A program made the position numbers and the translations under genes. A stretch of DNA of 64,000 nt from Candidatus Eiseniibacteriota bacterium (lineage in GTDB: Bacteria; Eisenbacteria; RBG-16-71-46): the NCBI GenBank assembly GCA_044223005.1, contig JBGAML010000016.1, positions 1 through 64,000 on the forward strand. Direction: 5' to 3'. The notes under the pieces are model-generated. The model was not told the origin of the DNA and did not search any database. It saw nothing but the letters and a program-made list of their open reading frames with translations. Every line of letters starts with the position of its first letter. Positions within the stretch are counted from its first letter, which is position 1. Positions 61,601-64,000 of the stretch are shown piece after piece.

Positions 61601-63936
61601 ACAAGACGGGCGGGTCGGGCAACGTCGGTACGATCTCGTCGGACATCTGGCAGTGGTTCAACGATGCGTTCCCGGTCGCCAACGGCGTCGCCCTCGGTAC
61701 GGGCACGACGGTTGCGGCTCTGGATACGTGTGTCGCTCACATCGACGGCGCGCTGAACAACGCCCAGGGCACGGCCACGGCCGGTCTGGGTGGCCTGCGT
61801 CTGTCGGTGCTGGCGGACTCGATCGTCGTGATCGCCGGTGACCGCGCCGCTCTGGGTGTCGGTGACACGAACTCGACGAAGGTCCGTGTCGACCTCGTGT
61901 TCCGCATCCTCCCCGGCGTCGGCAACTACCAGAACCTGGTGAACTCGCCGGCCCGCGTCTACCCGCCGAACGCTTCGATGGTGCTGCTGCAGCGTGCGGA
62001 CAACCAGAACCTCGTCGTGAACACGGCTGACGTGAACGATCACTCGTTCTGGGCCGAGTACATGCGCGCGCCTGGTCAGTTCTCGTCCGGCACGCACCAC
62101 AGCGGTGCCTGGTGGGATCCGCTGACCTGGAACTCGGCTCGTTGCGACACGGTGGAGACGAACTTCTTCCCGTCCGCTCCGGCTGCCCAGGTTTCGGCGA
62201 CGTTCCCGACGCGTCCGGGCTTCTTCCAGTCGACGTACCACGAGGAAGATCCCAAGTTCAGCCTGCTTGGCATCTCGCACGGCCGTTGCTTCGTGATCGA
62301 CACCACGATCAACCTCGCCAACAGCACGAACGTCGTGTGCGGTTCGGCGCCGGCGTGGGTCACCACGGTTCCGCAGTCGCGTACCGGCTGGGACGGCACG
62401 GTCACCACGAAGGAAGGCACGAAGATCCTGCCGGACGGTCTGCTGACGCCTGGCGCGCACGTGCAGTACTTCTTCCGCAAGTCGCAGATCTTCCAGTTCA
62501 ACGGCTACGCGCTGGATCCCGACACCGAGCAGATCATCTACCAGGCGACTGAAGACAACTACGATCAGCACCGCTGGCAGGAGATCGGTGTTCTTCCGGA
62601 TCGTTGGAAGGACACGCAGTTCGGTGGCTCCGGCATGGCCTGCATGCTGTACGCGGACTACAACGATCGTCGTGGTGACGAAGCCGTGTGGGTGTCCGTC
62701 ATGGACTCCATCGGTGGCACCGCTTCGAACAAGTGGGGCGCGCACAACGGCTGGCACGCGGCGGGTGGCGTGAACCTGAACGTCAACTCGAACCCGAGCC
62801 TCCCGGCTCAGGCGTACGTCTACGGCCGCAACGCGCAGCCGGGCACCACGTGGGACAAGTACGACGTCCGCGCGACGGAGTCCGGTAGCTCGGTCGGTAC
62901 GCGCATCGGTGGCCGCGTGATCATCCAGGGCGCTGATCTGCTCCTGGGTCACGATGCCAACGTCGCTCCGACGCCGGCGATGCTGCGTCAGTACTACCGC
63001 TTCATCTCGCTGCTGACCGGCGACCTCAACTCGGGCGACCTGGGTCCGCGTCTGGACCTCGAGCAGCCCGAAGACGACATCGCGATCCTGACCGACTTCC
63101 TCAGCACGAACGCTGGCCTCACGGCGAAGCCGCGCGGTCTGTTCGTGGCGGGTCATGGTTTCGCGGAGTCCGAGGCTGCGGACCCGGCGCACGCGACGTG
63201 GATGGCGAGCTGGCTGGGCACCAACCTGGTCAACGCGTCGTACCGCGCGCTGTCCGGCAACACGACGGCCGGCTGCTCGGACCTGTACTCGGCGACGGTC
63301 ATCACGCCCGCGGCCGACATCTACGGTGTCCAGCTGTCCTGCCGCTTCACGAACGACGTCCTTGCTGCCAACCCGTCGCTCCCGCTGACCGCTCCCGTGA
63401 GCTGGTATGAAGGCCCGACGCATACGACGTATGCGGCGTCGGTCTATCACCCGGCGAACGGCTCGGACAACTGGATCTCGCTGGTTGACGGCTTCGACCT
63501 GTACAACATGTGGGGCCGTTACTGCACCACGAGCTACGGCCGCCTGGCGTACACCTACAAGGTCATGACCAACGTGTTCGGCAGCCTCTGCAACAACTGG
63601 GGCCCGCCGTCCAGCACGCTGGACGTGCCCAGCAACGGTCGCGGTGGCCAGCTCGTCAACTTCATGAAGGTTGGCAACTCGGTCATGCGCTCCGGCAACG
63701 CGACGATCCGCTTCGGTGTCGAGGCCACGGGTCGTGCGCGCCTGCGTCTGTACGACGTCACGGGCCGTCTGGTCCGCACGCTCGCCGACAAGACCTACCA
63801 GGGTGGCCAGGAGTACTCGGTCCTCTGGGACGGCCGTGACGACGGCGGCAACCAGGTCGCGCGTGGTGTCTACTTCGCCCGCATCGACTACGCGGACGGC
63901 AAGGCTGTCAACGGCCGTGTCGTGGTCCTGCAGTAA
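58639..63936 (+). CDS. Large secreted/surface protein with FlgD-Ig-like C-terminal domain
   Basis: GGAGG RBS; signal peptide MKKAFLALLLLVGAAAMMASAAFA; tail LYDVTGRLVRTL..WDGRDDGG..GVYFARI. Confidence 0.88.
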   Translation: MKKAFLALLLLVGAAAMMASAAFALDGQNEFTGIQRSHASLATRAQNAGTMGGAAAIYDTTWVGHSASNHFNAANNWWNIYTGTYRPGVAIANNALWDFEDLTNMAAGFADSLQGWWPTGDRQGSVAGFTDDLLYSYLGLDHGNQVNYAMRGYLGRTKGVIGAWHADPGKNAGIGVTWAPMSGSYSAWCGLRETNDNTVIDQVTKNPFNSSTAEFNNLLVGLTAKNYPGYCRSWDQMLYRDLAPTAGQPLTLSFLYRTRMSLGANTSTTGRIGWFHGDPLSTTPGNFISAAASAPTTIVDSFQVFIGVPVNEAAVTLSNGTTAPVYDKQRRWFSEVVQMFNGAPLYEVMSRAGANPATTDTTGFNSFSAVIDAPTVASITGFAGNPTGNVRLVFRVKTNSSFDDQAGTFNSASRGAAQIDDVTIQWGAAAASNIGDFEGLEQSGPNSIDNRFDGTHQVNYAMRGYLGRTKGVIGAWHADPGKNAGIGVTWAPMSGSYSAWCGLRETNDNTVIDQVTKNPFNATTAEFNVQNVGLTAKNFPGYCRQWDQMLYRDLVPTAGQPLTLSFLYRTRMSLGANTSTTGRIGWFHGDPLWTAAGNFISAAAAAPTTIVDSFQVYVGVPVNDAAVTLSNGNVSPVFDPQRRWFSEVLQMFNGAPMVEVMARAGANPATTDTTGFVTFSTTIEAPTVASIATSPLNPTGNVRLVFRVKTNSSFDDQAGNFDSASRGAAQIDDVTIQWGAAAASNIGDFEGLEQSGPNSIDNRFDGTHTAVTNWRSTGRPTPNDWHATPLTGLPWSDICGPIGAATRTCNMIGNVLDAGNADQGEALGDPSTDATIEFRSGAISPTIDLTTTVSPNPMGITSAIVGGSDDYYIRYDVYTGDFDALGNTGVFWWWAAQSYPNVQANGAKTWGDITAGGTILYEPDIRCYGDIEPLKAKSKIQTSNASGLPDSLRIYLGLYALNGFYGDPLGANPAFGCYFDNVSLAIVNKTGGSGNVGTISSDIWQWFNDAFPVANGVALGTGTTVAALDTCVAHIDGALNNAQGTATAGLGGLRLSVLADSIVVIAGDRAALGVGDTNSTKVRVDLVFRILPGVGNYQNLVNSPARVYPPNASMVLLQRADNQNLVVNTADVNDHSFWAEYMRAPGQFSSGTHHSGAWWDPLTWNSARCDTVETNFFPSAPAAQVSATFPTRPGFFQSTYHEEDPKFSLLGISHGRCFVIDTTINLANSTNVVCGSAPAWVTTVPQSRTGWDGTVTTKEGTKILPDGLLTPGAHVQYFFRKSQIFQFNGYALDPDTEQIIYQATEDNYDQHRWQEIGVLPDRWKDTQFGGSGMACMLYADYNDRRGDEAVWVSVMDSIGGTASNKWGAHNGWHAAGGVNLNVNSNPSLPAQAYVYGRNAQPGTTWDKYDVRATESGSSVGTRIGGRVIIQGADLLLGHDANVAPTPAMLRQYYRFISLLTGDLNSGDLGPRLDLEQPEDDIAILTDFLSTNAGLTAKPRGLFVAGHGFAESEAADPAHATWMASWLGTNLVNASYRALSGNTTAGCSDLYSATVITPAADIYGVQLSCRFTNDVLAANPSLPLTAPVSWYEGPTHTTYAASVYHPANGSDNWISLVDGFDLYNMWGRYCTTSYGRLAYTYKVMTNVFGSLCNNWGPPSSTLDVPSNGRGGQLVNFMKVGNSVMRSGNATIRFGVEATGRARLRLYDVTGRLVRTLADKTYQGGQEYSVLWDGRDDGGNQVARGVYFARIDYADGKAVNGRVVVLQ
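59069..60942 (+). repeat. 936-bp in-frame tandem duplication (312 aa)
   Basis: Copies start at 59069 and 60005 (accaggtgaactacgcgatg) and end at 60006 and 60942 (gacggcacgcac). Confidence 0.93.
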
Positions 63937-63961
63937 GCGAAGAGCAGTCCAGACGTAAACG

Positions 63962-63993
63962 GAGGAGGGCGGGGAGCGATCCCCGCCCTCCTC
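63962..63993 (+). terminator. Intrinsic terminator-like hairpin
   Basis: gaggagggcgggga-gcga-tccccgccctcctc just after the stop at 63936. Confidence 0.7.
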
Positions 63994-64000
63994 TCGTCTT

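Noticed and set aside
57709..63450. 1913-aa ORF on the minus strand
   Set aside because: Antisense shadow of the plus-strand surface protein; Arg/Val-rich with no motifs, typical of high-GC DNA.

Overview
High-GC bacterial window. C-terminal FlgD-Ig-like tails on two giant secreted proteins suggest an FCB-associated lineage such as Ca. Eisenbacteria (inference only). Core-like and signalling genes fill 1-24.3 kb and 44.3-58 kb: split PAS+MCP chemoreceptor, M32 carboxypeptidase, cyclophilin, PiT/DUF47, PilB-REC, ATP-grasp+zincin, HipA-like kinase+DUF3037, cutA, tsaD, a c-di-GMP module, priA, ilvC, HU, ltaE, a sigma54 two-component system, rsmI, PI-synthase/ino1, tmk, S41 protease and dusB. Between ilvC and HU is a ~20 kb accessory locus. 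Its leftward operon is ECF sigma, double zf-HC2 membrane anti-sigma, small secreted protein, 3420-aa matrixin/repeat/beta-propeller protein and a signal-peptide TPR-CHAT protease. Its rightward block holds two paralogous FeeM/LuxI-fold acyltransferases, an ICMT-family methyltransferase, a PKD lipoprotein and a small secreted protein. An exact motif, GTCACA-N16-GACT-N-CCC, lies upstream of the sigma gene and of four rightward genes, so the locus looks like one autoregulated ECF regulon. Five sigma28-like promoters precede the motility/signalling genes. The last gene carries a 936-bp tandem duplication that may be an assembly artefact. No rRNA, tRNA, CRISPR array or integrase was recognised. All calls come from motif recognition by eye; no database searches were run.
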